From positions 64,001 through 128,000 of the forward strand of contig CAXXVO010000018.1 in NCBI GenBank assembly GCA_963422645.2: a stretch of 64,000 nucleotides of DNA. Direction: 5' to 3'. The notes beneath the pieces were generated by a model. It was given only the letters and a program-made list of their open reading frames with translations, was not told where the DNA came from and did no database searches. The translations under genes were made by a program, and so were the position numbers. Numbering within the stretch: position 1 is the stretch's first letter; each line of letters starts with the position of its first letter. Shown here in pieces: positions 38,238-50,310 of the stretch. This DNA is from Alphaproteobacteria bacterium (GTDB taxonomy: Bacteria > Pseudomonadota > Alphaproteobacteria > UBA828).

Positions 38238-39396
38238 GGCGGATCCCGAGCCACGAACCGAGCAAGACCGGGAGACGGTACGCGTCGAGCTCGGCCCACG
38301 TAGCTACGACGTATTGGTGGGCGCCGGCCTGGTACAAGAGGCCGGACGGCATATGGCGCCGCTTCTCCCCGGCCGCTCGGCAGTTGTGGTCACCGACCGC
38401 GTCGTAGCCGAGCGCTATCTCGACGCGGCCCTCGGCTCCCTACAGGAAGCTGGCTTCTCGTGCTCCCACTTGATCGTCGAGGCGGGTGAGCGAAGCAAGG
38501 ACATGGGGACGCTTGGTGGCGTCCTGGAAGACATCCTCGGCTGCGGTATCGAGAGGTCGACGGTCTTGGTGGCGCTGGGCGGCGGGGTTATCGGCGACCT
38601 TACCGGCTTCGCGGCGAGCATCCTGCTTCGCGGCGTCCCCTTCGTTCAGATTCCGACGACGCTTCTCGCTCAGGTCGACAGCGGCGTCGGCGGAAAGACC
38701 GGAGTGAACAGCGCCCACGGCAAGAACCTGATCGGCACCTTCTACCAACCGCGCCTCGTGCTAGCCGACGTGGCCACGCTGGGCACGCTGCCGCTGCGCG
38801 AGCGCCGGGCAGGCTATGCCGAGATCGTGAAGTACGGCCTGATCGACGACCTCGAATTCTTCGCCTGGCTCGAACGGAAGGGTGCGGCGCTGATCGACGG
38901 CGATCAGAGTCTGCTGCGAACCGCCGTGACCCATTCCTGCCGGACCAAGGCACGAATCGTTGCCGCTGACGAGCGCGAAAGCGGCAAGCGAGCCCTCCTC
39001 AATCTGGGCCATACCTTCGCCCACGCCCTGGAGGCGGGGGCCGGCTATGACGGATCGCTCTTGCACGGCGAGGCGGTGGCCTATGGCATCGTGCTTGCAC
39101 ATCAGCTCTCTGCAACTCTTGGCCTCTGCAGCGAGGATGACGTGGCGCGGGTGGCAGCTCACTTCCGTGCGGTCGGGCTGCCGAGCGAGGCGAGCGCCCT
39201 CCCCGCGATCGCATGGGACGCATCTGCGCTGATCGAACGCATGAAGCATGACAAGAAGGTGCAGGACGGACAGATGACGTTCGTGCTGACACGTGGCATC
39301 GGGCAGGCCTTCCTCAGCCAGGATGTCTCACGCGAGGCGCTTTGCGCCTTGCTGGACCGAGCCTTCAGCGAAGGAGGCCTTTCCGCCTCCCGTTGA
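38230..39396 (+). CDS. aroB: 3-dehydroquinate synthase
   Basis: ALGGGVIGDL.GF, IPTTLLAQVDS.VGGKTGVN, GKNLIG.F.QP, LNLGHTFAHALE, LHGEAV. Confidence 0.95.
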   Translation: MNRADPEPRTEQDRETVRVELGPRSYDVLVGAGLVQEAGRHMAPLLPGRSAVVVTDRVVAERYLDAALGSLQEAGFSCSHLIVEAGERSKDMGTLGGVLEDILGCGIERSTVLVALGGGVIGDLTGFAASILLRGVPFVQIPTTLLAQVDSGVGGKTGVNSAHGKNLIGTFYQPRLVLADVATLGTLPLRERRAGYAEIVKYGLIDDLEFFAWLERKGAALIDGDQSLLRTAVTHSCRTKARIVAADERESGKRALLNLGHTFAHALEAGAGYDGSLLHGEAVAYGIVLAHQLSATLGLCSEDDVARVAAHFRAVGLPSEASALPAIAWDASALIERMKHDKKVQDGQMTFVLTRGIGQAFLSQDVSREALCALLDRAFSEGGLSASR

Positions 39397-39408
39397 CCCC
39401 CCCCCCCC
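39397..39408. repeat. Poly-C homopolymer (C12)
   Basis: 12 consecutive C directly after the aroB stop codon. Confidence 0.8.
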
Positions 39409-39430
39409 AACAATTCCCAACGACACAACC

Positions 39431-40717
39431 ATGACCAACGAGACTGCCATCACCATCGGCGCAATCGGCTTACTGATTGCGCTATCGGGCTTCTTCTCAG
39501 GCTCCGAGACGGCCCTTACCGCAGCCTCCCGCCCGCGCATGCACCATCTGGCGGGCGCCGGCGACAGACGTGCGCGCGCGGTCCAGCGGCTGACCAGCGA
39601 TCGGGAGCGATTGATCGGCGCAATCTTGCTCGGAAACAACGCGGTCAACATCCTCGCATCTGCACTGGCCACCAGCGTTCTGATTTCGCTCTTCGGCGAC
39701 GCCGGCGTGGCCTATGCGACGATCGGCATGACCCTCGTCATCCTGGTCTTCGCCGAGGTGCTGCCGAAGACGTACGCGATCCGCGACCCCGACCGTGTCT
39801 CTCTGCGGGTAGCGCCGGTGCTGGGCCCAATCGTATGGCTGCTCTCACCCATCGTCCGCACGGTGCGTCTGGTGGTCTCGGCGACGCTCAGCGTGGCCGG
39901 TGCTTCCCAAGGATCCAGGACGGCAAGCGCTGCCGAGGAGGAGCTGCGCGGCACCATTACGCTGCAGGCGCAGGAAGGCGCCATGGTCAAGCATGAGCGC
40001 GACATGCTCCACAGCATCCTCGACCTGGAGGAGATCGAAGTCGGCGCGATCATGACTCACCGCAAGACCATGGAGATGATCGACGCCGACGCGACACCCG
40101 CCGACATTCTCAATCAGGTCGTCCTCAGTCCCCACACGCGCCTCCCGGTCTGGAAGAACGAGCCCGATAATATCGTCGGAGTGTTGCACGCCAAGGACCT
40201 GCTGCGGGCAATGCATGCGAACCTCGATGACCTCGACCGGCTCGACGTCATGTCGATCGTGACCGAGCCCTGGTTCGTGCCCGAAACCACGCCGCTGGAC
40301 GAGCAACTCCATTCGTTCCGCGAGCGTCGGGGTCACTTCGCGCTAATCGTCGATGAATACGGCTCGCTGATGGGGCTCGTGACCCTGGAGGACATCATTG
40401 AGGAGATCGTTGGTGAGATCGTCGACGAGCACGACATCGCGCGCGGCGGGGTGGTGGAGGGGGCGGACGGCTCGTTCCTGATTCCGGGTACCGCAGCTAT
40501 TCGCGATCTCAATCGGGCTTATGACTGGGATCTGCCCGACGAGGAAGCCGCCACCATCGCGGGTCTTGTGCTGAACGAAGCGCAGGAGATTCCCGAGATT
40601 GGCGAATCGTTCTCGCTTTATGGCTTTACCTTCGAAGTCCGTGCCCGCAAGCGCAATCAGATCACACAGCTCCGCGTGATCCCGCGCCCGCACGGCACCA
40701 CCCACCCAAGCAGCTGA
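39431..40717 (+). CDS. HlyC/CorC family (CNNM-CBS) transporter
   Basis: SGFFSGSETAL, ILLGNN, FAEVLPK, HTRLPV, VDEYG...GLVTLEDIIEEIVG. Confidence 0.9.
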   Translation: MTNETAITIGAIGLLIALSGFFSGSETALTAASRPRMHHLAGAGDRRARAVQRLTSDRERLIGAILLGNNAVNILASALATSVLISLFGDAGVAYATIGMTLVILVFAEVLPKTYAIRDPDRVSLRVAPVLGPIVWLLSPIVRTVRLVVSATLSVAGASQGSRTASAAEEELRGTITLQAQEGAMVKHERDMLHSILDLEEIEVGAIMTHRKTMEMIDADATPADILNQVVLSPHTRLPVWKNEPDNIVGVLHAKDLLRAMHANLDDLDRLDVMSIVTEPWFVPETTPLDEQLHSFRERRGHFALIVDEYGSLMGLVTLEDIIEEIVGEIVDEHDIARGGVVEGADGSFLIPGTAAIRDLNRAYDWDLPDEEAATIAGLVLNEAQEIPEIGESFSLYGFTFEVRARKRNQITQLRVIPRPHGTTHPSS

Positions 40718-40852
40718 GTCGCGCCTGCGGGTTGCACGCGCGGCGTACACCCCCCATATGCTGCTGTCGATAATCATGACCCGGCGCCCTGAGGTTCCGA
40801 TTGCCGGCGCAGTGCCTCGTGCTATACATGAGGCGGGTCAGTTGGCGAGTCG

Positions 40853-41809
40853 ATGAACAGCTATCTCAACTTCGAGAAGCCGGTCGCGGAGATCGAAGGC
40901 AAGCTCCAGGAGCTTCGCCACCTCAGCGACGACAGCGGCGTCAACATGCTCGATGAGGTTTCGCGCCTTGAGGGCAAGGTCGACCGGCTGCTGCGGCAGA
41001 CCTATAGCCGCCTCACCCCTTGGCAAAAGGCGCAAGTCGCCCGCCATCAGCTCAGGCCCCACTGTTCCGACTACATCTCCCGCCTCGTCTCCGATTTCCT
41101 GCCGCTGGCAGGCGACAGAGCCTTTGGTGAAGATCGCGCGGTCATCGGCGGTCTTGGGCGTTTCCGCGGCCACACCACCATGGTCATCGGCCAGGAGAAG
41201 GGCGCCGACACGGAGGGCCGGGTCGCGCACAACTTCGGCATGGCGAACCCCGAAGGCTACCGCAAGGCGTCGCGCCTTCTGCGGCTGGCGGAGCGCTTTC
41301 AGGTGCCCGTGCTGACGCTGATCGACACGCCGGGCGCCTATCCCGGAATCGGCGCCGAGGAGCGCGGGCAAGCCGAGGCCATCGCGCGCTGTATCGAGGC
41401 CTGTCTCGATGTCAGGGTGCCGGTGGTTGCGCTCATCATCGGCGAGGGCGGCTCCGGCGGGGCAATTGCGCTGGGCGTCGCCAACCGCGTGCTGATGATG
41501 GAGCACGCGGTATATTCGGTGATCTCGCCCGAAGGCTGCGCGTCGATCCTGTGGCGCGATGCGGCCCTCGCGGAAACGGCGGCGGAAGCGTTGCGGCTCA
41601 CTGCGGACGATCTGCACGGGCTCGGGGTGATTGACAACATCGTGCCGGAGCCCGTGGGCGGCGCCCACAGAGACGCGCCGTGCGCGATCGACGAGGCCGG
41701 TGCAGCGCTTGAGACGGCGTTCGCCGACCTGCGTGGCCTCGACGGCTCGGCGCTTCGCAGCTACCGGCGGGAGAAGTACCTGGCACTCGGCAGCATCGCC
41801 GAAGGCTAG
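40853..41809 (+). CDS. accA: Acetyl-CoA carboxylase carboxyltransferase alpha subunit
   Basis: YLNFEKP, NFGMANPEGYRKA, IDTPGAYPG..AEERGQ, GEGGSGGA, YSVISPEGCASILW. Confidence 0.96.
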   Translation: MNSYLNFEKPVAEIEGKLQELRHLSDDSGVNMLDEVSRLEGKVDRLLRQTYSRLTPWQKAQVARHQLRPHCSDYISRLVSDFLPLAGDRAFGEDRAVIGGLGRFRGHTTMVIGQEKGADTEGRVAHNFGMANPEGYRKASRLLRLAERFQVPVLTLIDTPGAYPGIGAEERGQAEAIARCIEACLDVRVPVVALIIGEGGSGGAIALGVANRVLMMEHAVYSVISPEGCASILWRDAALAETAAEALRLTADDLHGLGVIDNIVPEPVGGAHRDAPCAIDEAGAALETAFADLRGLDGSALRSYRREKYLALGSIAEG

Positions 41810-41820
41810 ACTCCCGGCCG

Positions 41821-43584
41821 ATGACGAACGTGGATCCCATCACGCTCCAGGTCATCGGCGGCGCCCTCCACACGATCGCGAAAGAAATGGGGCATGTGCT
41901 CTACCGCATGTCCTACTCGTCGATCATCCGCGAATCCGAGGATCTCGGCGCCGGTCTCTTCGACCGTGACTTCAACACGCTCTGCGAATCGGACTCGACG
42001 CCGATGCACATCGGTTCCATCCCCGGCTATCTGCGGGGGGTGGAGCGCACCATGTACGGCGATTGGCACCCCGGCGACGTGGTGCTGCACAACCATCCCT
42101 ATCACGGCGCAAGCCACGTGCCGGATATCTGCTGTATCGCGCCGGTATTCTTCGAAGGAGAGCTGGTCGGGTTCTCCGCCAACACGGCTCACCACGTGGA
42201 CCTTGGCGCTGCGAGTCCGGGCATCGTCATCGACATCCCCGACGTCTATGCCGAAGGTATGCTGTTCTCTGGCATCAAGCTCTACGAGGAAGGCAAGCTC
42301 AACCGCGCGCTCTGGCAGCATATCCAGACCAACACGCGGGTGCCGCGCGACGTCTCCGGAGATATCGAGGCGCAGGTCGCCTCGGCCGAGCTCGGCGTGC
42401 GCCGCTTTCGCGAGCTCTTTGAGACCTACGGCAAGGCGACCGTCGATGCCGCGACCGCAGAGCTTATGGACTATTCCGAACGGATGCTGCGCCGGCGTAT
42501 TCGCGAGATCCCCGACGGAGACTACATGGCGGAGGGTTTCCTCGACGATGACGGGGTCGACCGGGAGACGCGGTTGCCGGTCAAGGTCACGGTGAGCATC
42601 AGGGGCGATTCCGCCGTGGTCGATACAACCGGATCGTCGCAACAGGTGCCGACCGCCTACAACGTGCCCTTCGAGGGCTCGACCAAGGTTACGTGCTATT
42701 TCGCCTTCCGCGCCCTTCTGCTCGATACCTACACCACCAGCGAATACATCCCGCAGAACGAGGGTTCGTTTCGTCCCATCGAGGTGATTTCGCCCGCGGG
42801 CTCGATTTTCAACCCGACCTTCCCGGCCGCCTGCCAGTCGCGCTTCTCCCAGTGTCAGCGGCTGGTGGACCTCATCAGCGCCGCGCTCGCCCCGGTGATC
42901 CCGGACAAGGTGACCGCAGGCTGCGGCGCGACCCTCTCCGCCTTCGCGTATTCCGGGGTCAGGCCCGGTGGCGATTACTGGATTCTGGTCGAGATCAACG
43001 AGTCGGCGTACGGCGGTCGTCCGGCCTCCGACGGGCCGGATTCGATCGACGAGCTGATGCGCAACACGCGCAATAATCCGATCGAAGACCTCGGCATGCA
43101 CCTGCCGCTGATTTGCGACCGCTACGAACTTCGCGACGATGTGCCGCCGGGCGCGGGCCGCTACAGGGGCGGCCTCGGCATCGTCAAGGTGCAGCGCTTC
43201 CTGACGCCAGGTTATGTGGTGCACGAGGCCGACCGCCACGAGGACGTGCCTTGGGGCTTCCTCGGCGGTGAGCCGGGCACGGTCGGCAGACTGGAGCAGT
43301 GGAACGTTGCGGCGCCCGAGGAGGTGGTGAACTGGCCCGCCAAGGTACCGGCGACGCCGACCGAAGCCGGCGATTGCATTGCCGTCTACACGCCGGGTGG
43401 CGGCGGATACGGCGACCCGTTGGAGCGTCCGTCCGATCAGGTGCGCGCCGATGTCGCCGACGGCTACTACAGCCAAGCTCACGCCTATGACGCCTACGGG
43501 GTCGTCATGAACGAGGCGCTCTCGGTCGATTTGGCGGCTACCGAGGTGCGACGCGCAGAGCTTCGCGCGGCGGCGGCGGCGTAG
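41821..43584 (+). CDS. Hydantoinase B / oxoprolinase family subunit
   Basis: DPITLQVI, YSSIIRESED, HNHPYHGASHVPD, HHVDLG, GAGRYRGG.G, TPGGGGYGDPLER. Confidence 0.9.
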   Translation: MTNVDPITLQVIGGALHTIAKEMGHVLYRMSYSSIIRESEDLGAGLFDRDFNTLCESDSTPMHIGSIPGYLRGVERTMYGDWHPGDVVLHNHPYHGASHVPDICCIAPVFFEGELVGFSANTAHHVDLGAASPGIVIDIPDVYAEGMLFSGIKLYEEGKLNRALWQHIQTNTRVPRDVSGDIEAQVASAELGVRRFRELFETYGKATVDAATAELMDYSERMLRRRIREIPDGDYMAEGFLDDDGVDRETRLPVKVTVSIRGDSAVVDTTGSSQQVPTAYNVPFEGSTKVTCYFAFRALLLDTYTTSEYIPQNEGSFRPIEVISPAGSIFNPTFPAACQSRFSQCQRLVDLISAALAPVIPDKVTAGCGATLSAFAYSGVRPGGDYWILVEINESAYGGRPASDGPDSIDELMRNTRNNPIEDLGMHLPLICDRYELRDDVPPGAGRYRGGLGIVKVQRFLTPGYVVHEADRHEDVPWGFLGGEPGTVGRLEQWNVAAPEEVVNWPAKVPATPTEAGDCIAVYTPGGGGYGDPLERPSDQVRADVADGYYSQAHAYDAYGVVMNEALSVDLAATEVRRAELRAAAAA

Positions 43585-43623
43585 CCCGCGTCGCAGCCCA
43601 CACTCGAACTGCCGACTAAGACT

Positions 43624-44397
43624 TTAGCGAGAGACCTGGGCCAGCCGCAGATTGCGGATGCGCCGGCTCGCGATCTCGGCGCGCACGCGCGGGATCAGCA
43701 CGGTCAGATAGTAGGCCATGAAGCCTACCGCCATCAGCAGCAGCGGCGCGACCATGGAGCTGTCGATCGACGGCGCGTCGATCTTCGAGATCGTCGCCGG
43801 CTGGTGCAGGGTGTTCCACCAGTCGACCGAATACTTGACGATGGGGATGTTGACCACGCCCACCAGCGCCAGGATAGCGGCGACGCGGGCGCCCTTGGCG
43901 GGATCGTCGAAGGCGGCGTGGAGCGCGATGTAGCCGAGATAGAGGAAGAAGAGCACCAGCATCGAGGTGAGCCGCGCGTCCCACACCCACCAGGTGCCCC
44001 ACATGGGTTGACCCCAGAGCGACCCGCTCAGGAGTGTGATGAAGGTAAAGGCTGCGCCGACCGGGGCGCTCGACTTCGCCACAAGGTCGGCGAGCGGATG
44101 CCGCCAGACGAGGCTGGCCGCGCTGCAAAGCGCGATCACGACGTAGACGAAGAGCGACATCCACGCCGCCGGCACGTGGACGAAGATGATCCGGTAGGCG
44201 TCGCCCTGCTGATAGTCGGGCGGCGCCACGTAGAGGCCGAGCACAAGGCCGGCAACGATCAGCCCTGCCGTCGCACCCGCGGCCCATGGATAGACCGCGC
44301 GCGCAACACGGAGGAAGCGTGCCGGGTTGGCGAAAAAGTGGATGCTGGTCCATCCGGTTCTCCCTCGCTTCGTCGCGCCCGTTGCCCGTGTCGCCAT
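43624..44397 (-). CDS. ccmC: Heme exporter protein CcmC
   Basis: FANP.RF, PPDYQQG..YRIIFVHVPAAW, WGQPMWGTWWVWDARLTS, WWNTLHQP; start uncertain. Confidence 0.92.
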   Translation of the reverse strand: MATRATGATKRGRTGWTSIHFFANPARFLRVARAVYPWAAGATAGLIVAGLVLGLYVAPPDYQQGDAYRIIFVHVPAAWMSLFVYVVIALCSAASLVWRHPLADLVAKSSAPVGAAFTFITLLSGSLWGQPMWGTWWVWDARLTSMLVLFFLYLGYIALHAAFDDPAKGARVAAILALVGVVNIPIVKYSVDWWNTLHQPATISKIDAPSIDSSMVAPLLLMAVGFMAYYLTVLIPRVRAEIASRRIRNLRLAQVSR

Positions 44398-44420
44398 GCT
44401 TGGTCTCGACCTTCCCCGAC

Positions 44421-45089
44421 CTATTCCACCGTCATGCGTAGCGCCGCGGCCGCCGCCAGCGGTCCCAGTACCAGCGCGCCCACCAACCCGCCCGCCAAAA
44501 TCGACAGGTTCGCGTGCACGCCGACGTCTAGCACCGCGCCTTCCACCGCGCCCACGCCAAATATGAGAACAGGAACATAGAGCGGCAAGACCAGAAGCGC
44601 GACCAGCGCGCCGCCGCGGCGCAAGCTCACGGTTAGTGCCGCTCCTACCGCTCCGATCAGGCTGAGGATCGGTGTACCGATCAGGAGCGAGACGATCAGG
44701 ATGACGAGGCCATCCGCGCTCATGTTCAGCAGGAGCGCGAGCACCGGCGCGGCGACAGCGAGCGGAAGCCCGGTCGTGAGCCAATGCGCGACCGTCTTGG
44801 CCAGCACGACGAACTCCAGCGGCAGCGTGCCGAGCATCAGTTGCTCGAGGCTTCCATCCTCATGGTCGGCGACGAAGAGGCGGTCCAGCGAAAGCAGCGC
44901 CGCGAGGAGCGCCGCAACCCAGATGGCGCCGGGCGCGATTCGACTGAGCAGGCCGAGCTCCGGCCCGACGCCGAGCGGAAATAGTGTCACCGCGATGACG
45001 AAGAAGACCACCGTCATCAGGGTGCCGATGCCGCCCCGCACCGCGAGGGTCAACTCACGCCCGATGAGCCGGAGGAAGACCCCTACCAC
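44421..45089 (-). CDS. ccmB: Heme exporter protein CcmB
   Basis: LFPLGVGP, WVAALLA.LLSLDRLF..D.EDGSLEQL, LLVLPLYVPVLIFG. Confidence 0.92.
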   Translation of the reverse strand: MVGVFLRLIGRELTLAVRGGIGTLMTVVFFVIAVTLFPLGVGPELGLLSRIAPGAIWVAALLAALLSLDRLFVADHEDGSLEQLMLGTLPLEFVVLAKTVAHWLTTGLPLAVAAPVLALLLNMSADGLVILIVSLLIGTPILSLIGAVGAALTVSLRRGGALVALLVLPLYVPVLIFGVGAVEGAVLDVGVHANLSILAGGLVGALVLGPLAAAAALRMTVE

Positions 45090-45874
45090 TCGTCGTCCTC
45101 CGGCCTGGCCTCGCGGTCGGCCAGCAACATGTCGGCGGGGACGGCGTGATCTCCGAGGTCGAGGCGATTGGCGCCGTCGAGCGCGATCTCGCCGTGGGTG
45201 GCCACGATCACCATGCCGCCATCGGCCCGGTGGGCGGCGATCATGGTTGCGACCCGGGCAGCGGACTCTGCGTCGAGCGTGACCGTCGGCTCGTCGAGCA
45301 GCCAGAGCGGCGCAGGCGTCGCCAGAGCCCGCGCGAGCGCGAGCCGCCGCCGCTGACCCGCCGAGAGATAGCGTCCCGGCACGTCGGCCAACCCCTTGAT
45401 GCCGAGCACCTCGAGCGCTCCGGGCGCGGCCCGCGCAGCGCCCCTGAAGCGCGCCCAGTCGTCCAGATTCTCCGCGACCGTGAGCGTCGGCTTCACCGCA
45501 TCGAGATGGCCGACATAGTGGAGTCGGCCGCGATGCGCGGCCCAATCCTCATCGACCGGCGCACCGTCCCAAGTAAGTGTTCCGCCAGCTGGCCGCAGCA
45601 AGCCACAGAGGATGCGGAGCAGGCTCGACTTGCCCGCGCCGTTAGGACCCACGAGGGCAAGCGCGCCGCCCGGCTCGAGGCGGAACGAGACCCCGGAGAA
45701 GACCGGGCGCTCACCACGGATGCAGGCCACGTCGTGCGCCTCGAAACAGTTGGCGCGCGGCGCAGTGCGTGACTCTGGTGAGGTATGCGGGCTAGCCGGG
45801 CCGGGAATCTTGCACCCCTCTCCGGTCGGGCCTAGAAGATCGGGGAAGGCCAAGCCTATCGGTGGTGTGTGCAC
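45083..45874 (-). CDS. ccmA: Heme exporter ATP-binding protein CcmA (true start probably downstream of 45874)
   Basis: [48 protein letters not shown]. Confidence 0.88.
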   Translation of the reverse strand: MHTPPIGLAFPDLLGPTGEGCKIPGPASPHTSPESRTAPRANCFEAHDVACIRGERPVFSGVSFRLEPGGALALVGPNGAGKSSLLRILCGLLRPAGGTLTWDGAPVDEDWAAHRGRLHYVGHLDAVKPTLTVAENLDDWARFRGAARAAPGALEVLGIKGLADVPGRYLSAGQRRRLALARALATPAPLWLLDEPTVTLDAESAARVATMIAAHRADGGMVIVATHGEIALDGANRLDLGDHAVPADMLLADREARPEDDEW

Positions 45875-45924
45875 GCGGCAAGAAGCCGTGCGCGGCGCGC
45901 CGTGCCGGAAGAAGGAGCAACTCG

Positions 45925-48621
<2,697 letters not shown>

Positions 48622-48639
48622 GCGATTGGCTGCCAGCCT

Positions 48640-50292
48640 CTATTCGGCGGCCTGGTCGGCCGTCGGATCACTCAGCCTTTCGAGCGCGAGCTTGCGGAGC
48701 TTGTGCTTCTGCACCTTGCCGCTCGCGGTCATGGGGAACGCCTCGACCGACAACACGTGGCGCGGGCTCTTGAAGCTCGCTATTCGGCCCTTGCAGTAGG
48801 CGGCGATCTCCTCGCTGGCGAGGGTCTTGCCGGGCGCCGGGACAGTGAAAGCTACGGCGACCTCGCCCAGCCGCGCGTCGGGATAGCCCACCACCGCCAC
48901 CTGGTCGATCGCCTCATGGGCCATGAGGAAGGCCTCGACCTCCGCCGGCGAGACGTTCTCGCCGCCGACCCTGAGCTGGTCCTTGAAGCGACCGACGAAG
49001 CGGATGTGCCCGTCGGCGCGGAGCACCACCGTGTCGCCGGTGTGCAGCCAGCCATCGCTGTCGATGGCCTCGGCAGTCTCCTCGGGCTTCTCGTAGTAGC
49101 CTTGGGTGATCATGTAGCCGCGAATCAGGAGCTCGCCTTCCTCGCCGACCGAGATCTCCTGGCCGGTCTCTGAATCCACGACCTTGATCTCGAAGCCCGG
49201 CGCCGGATAGCCCGAGGCATCCGAGCGCTGCTCCGGCGTCGAGTTGCCGAAGGACATGGTGGCGAAGGTGAAGGTCTCGGTCATGCCCCAGCCGGTGAAG
49301 GTGGGCAGCATCTCGGTCTGCACCCGCCGCGCAATGCGGGCCGAGCTGGTCATGCCGGAGGGAAAGGTGCCGAAGCGCAGGCTGGAGATGTCCCGCGGGG
49401 TCCGCTCGAGCGAGTCGAGATACTCCTTGTAGTGGGTATCGAAGCCGTGGGTGATCGTTCCGCCCTCGGCTTCCACCAGCCGCATGCACTCGTCGGCGTC
49501 GAAGCGGTCCATCAGCACGTGCTTGCAGCCAGCGATCACTGCGATCAGCCCGGCCTCGCTGAAGCCGTACATGTGGAAGAGCGGCAGCGGGTTGACGATC
49601 ACGTCCTCGAACATGAGGCCGATGCGGTTGGCCCGCTCGCGCATGTTTCGAATCATCAGGTGGGTATGAAGCACGCCCTTGGGATGCCCGGTTGTGCCGG
49701 AGGTGTAGCCGATCATCACGGGCTGGTCGGGATCGACCGTCTCTGCACGGGTGGCGAGCGCCGCATCGCTCACCGCCTCGCCGCCGTCGAGCATTGCCTG
49801 CCAGCCCACCGTGCCGGGCACGTCGCTCTCGCCCACCACGACCAGACGGCGAAGCCGGGGGAAGCCATCGATGGCGGCCGCTCGCGGGTCCTGCTCCGCA
49901 AGCCCTGGCAGCACGTCCGCCAGCATGGCCGCGTAGTCGACCGGGCCGGAACGGTCGACGCTGATCCAGGTTCCGCTGTCGGATTGCCGCACCGTGTAGG
50001 CCACGTCGTCAGTGCGGTAGCGGGTGTTGAGCGGCACCAGCACGGCACCGACCTTGGCGATGGCGAAGGTGAGGAAGAGCCATTCCGGCCGGTTGTTCAT
50101 CCAGAGCGCGACGTGCTCGCCATTCTCGACTCCGAGCGCCATCAACCCCTTGGCGACGCGGTCTACCTCCCGGTCATATTCATTGTAGGTCCAGCGCTCG
50201 CCGTCGCAGACCAGCGCCTCGCGTGCGCCCCAGCGGCGGGCCGCCTCCGCCGGCAGGTCGCCCAGCCGTTCCTTCGGGTACCAGTCGCCCAT
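48640..50292 (-). CDS. AMP-forming acyl-CoA synthetase
   Basis: YTSGTTGHPKG, WGMTET, GWLHTGD, GGENVSPAEVE, TASGKVQK. Confidence 0.9.
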   Translation of the reverse strand: MGDWYPKERLGDLPAEAARRWGAREALVCDGERWTYNEYDREVDRVAKGLMALGVENGEHVALWMNNRPEWLFLTFAIAKVGAVLVPLNTRYRTDDVAYTVRQSDSGTWISVDRSGPVDYAAMLADVLPGLAEQDPRAAAIDGFPRLRRLVVVGESDVPGTVGWQAMLDGGEAVSDAALATRAETVDPDQPVMIGYTSGTTGHPKGVLHTHLMIRNMRERANRIGLMFEDVIVNPLPLFHMYGFSEAGLIAVIAGCKHVLMDRFDADECMRLVEAEGGTITHGFDTHYKEYLDSLERTPRDISSLRFGTFPSGMTSSARIARRVQTEMLPTFTGWGMTETFTFATMSFGNSTPEQRSDASGYPAPGFEIKVVDSETGQEISVGEEGELLIRGYMITQGYYEKPEETAEAIDSDGWLHTGDTVVLRADGHIRFVGRFKDQLRVGGENVSPAEVEAFLMAHEAIDQVAVVGYPDARLGEVAVAFTVPAPGKTLASEEIAAYCKGRIASFKSPRHVLSVEAFPMTASGKVQKHKLRKLALERLSDPTADQAAE

Positions 50293-50310
50293 GCCGTACC
50301 TTGCTGCCCC

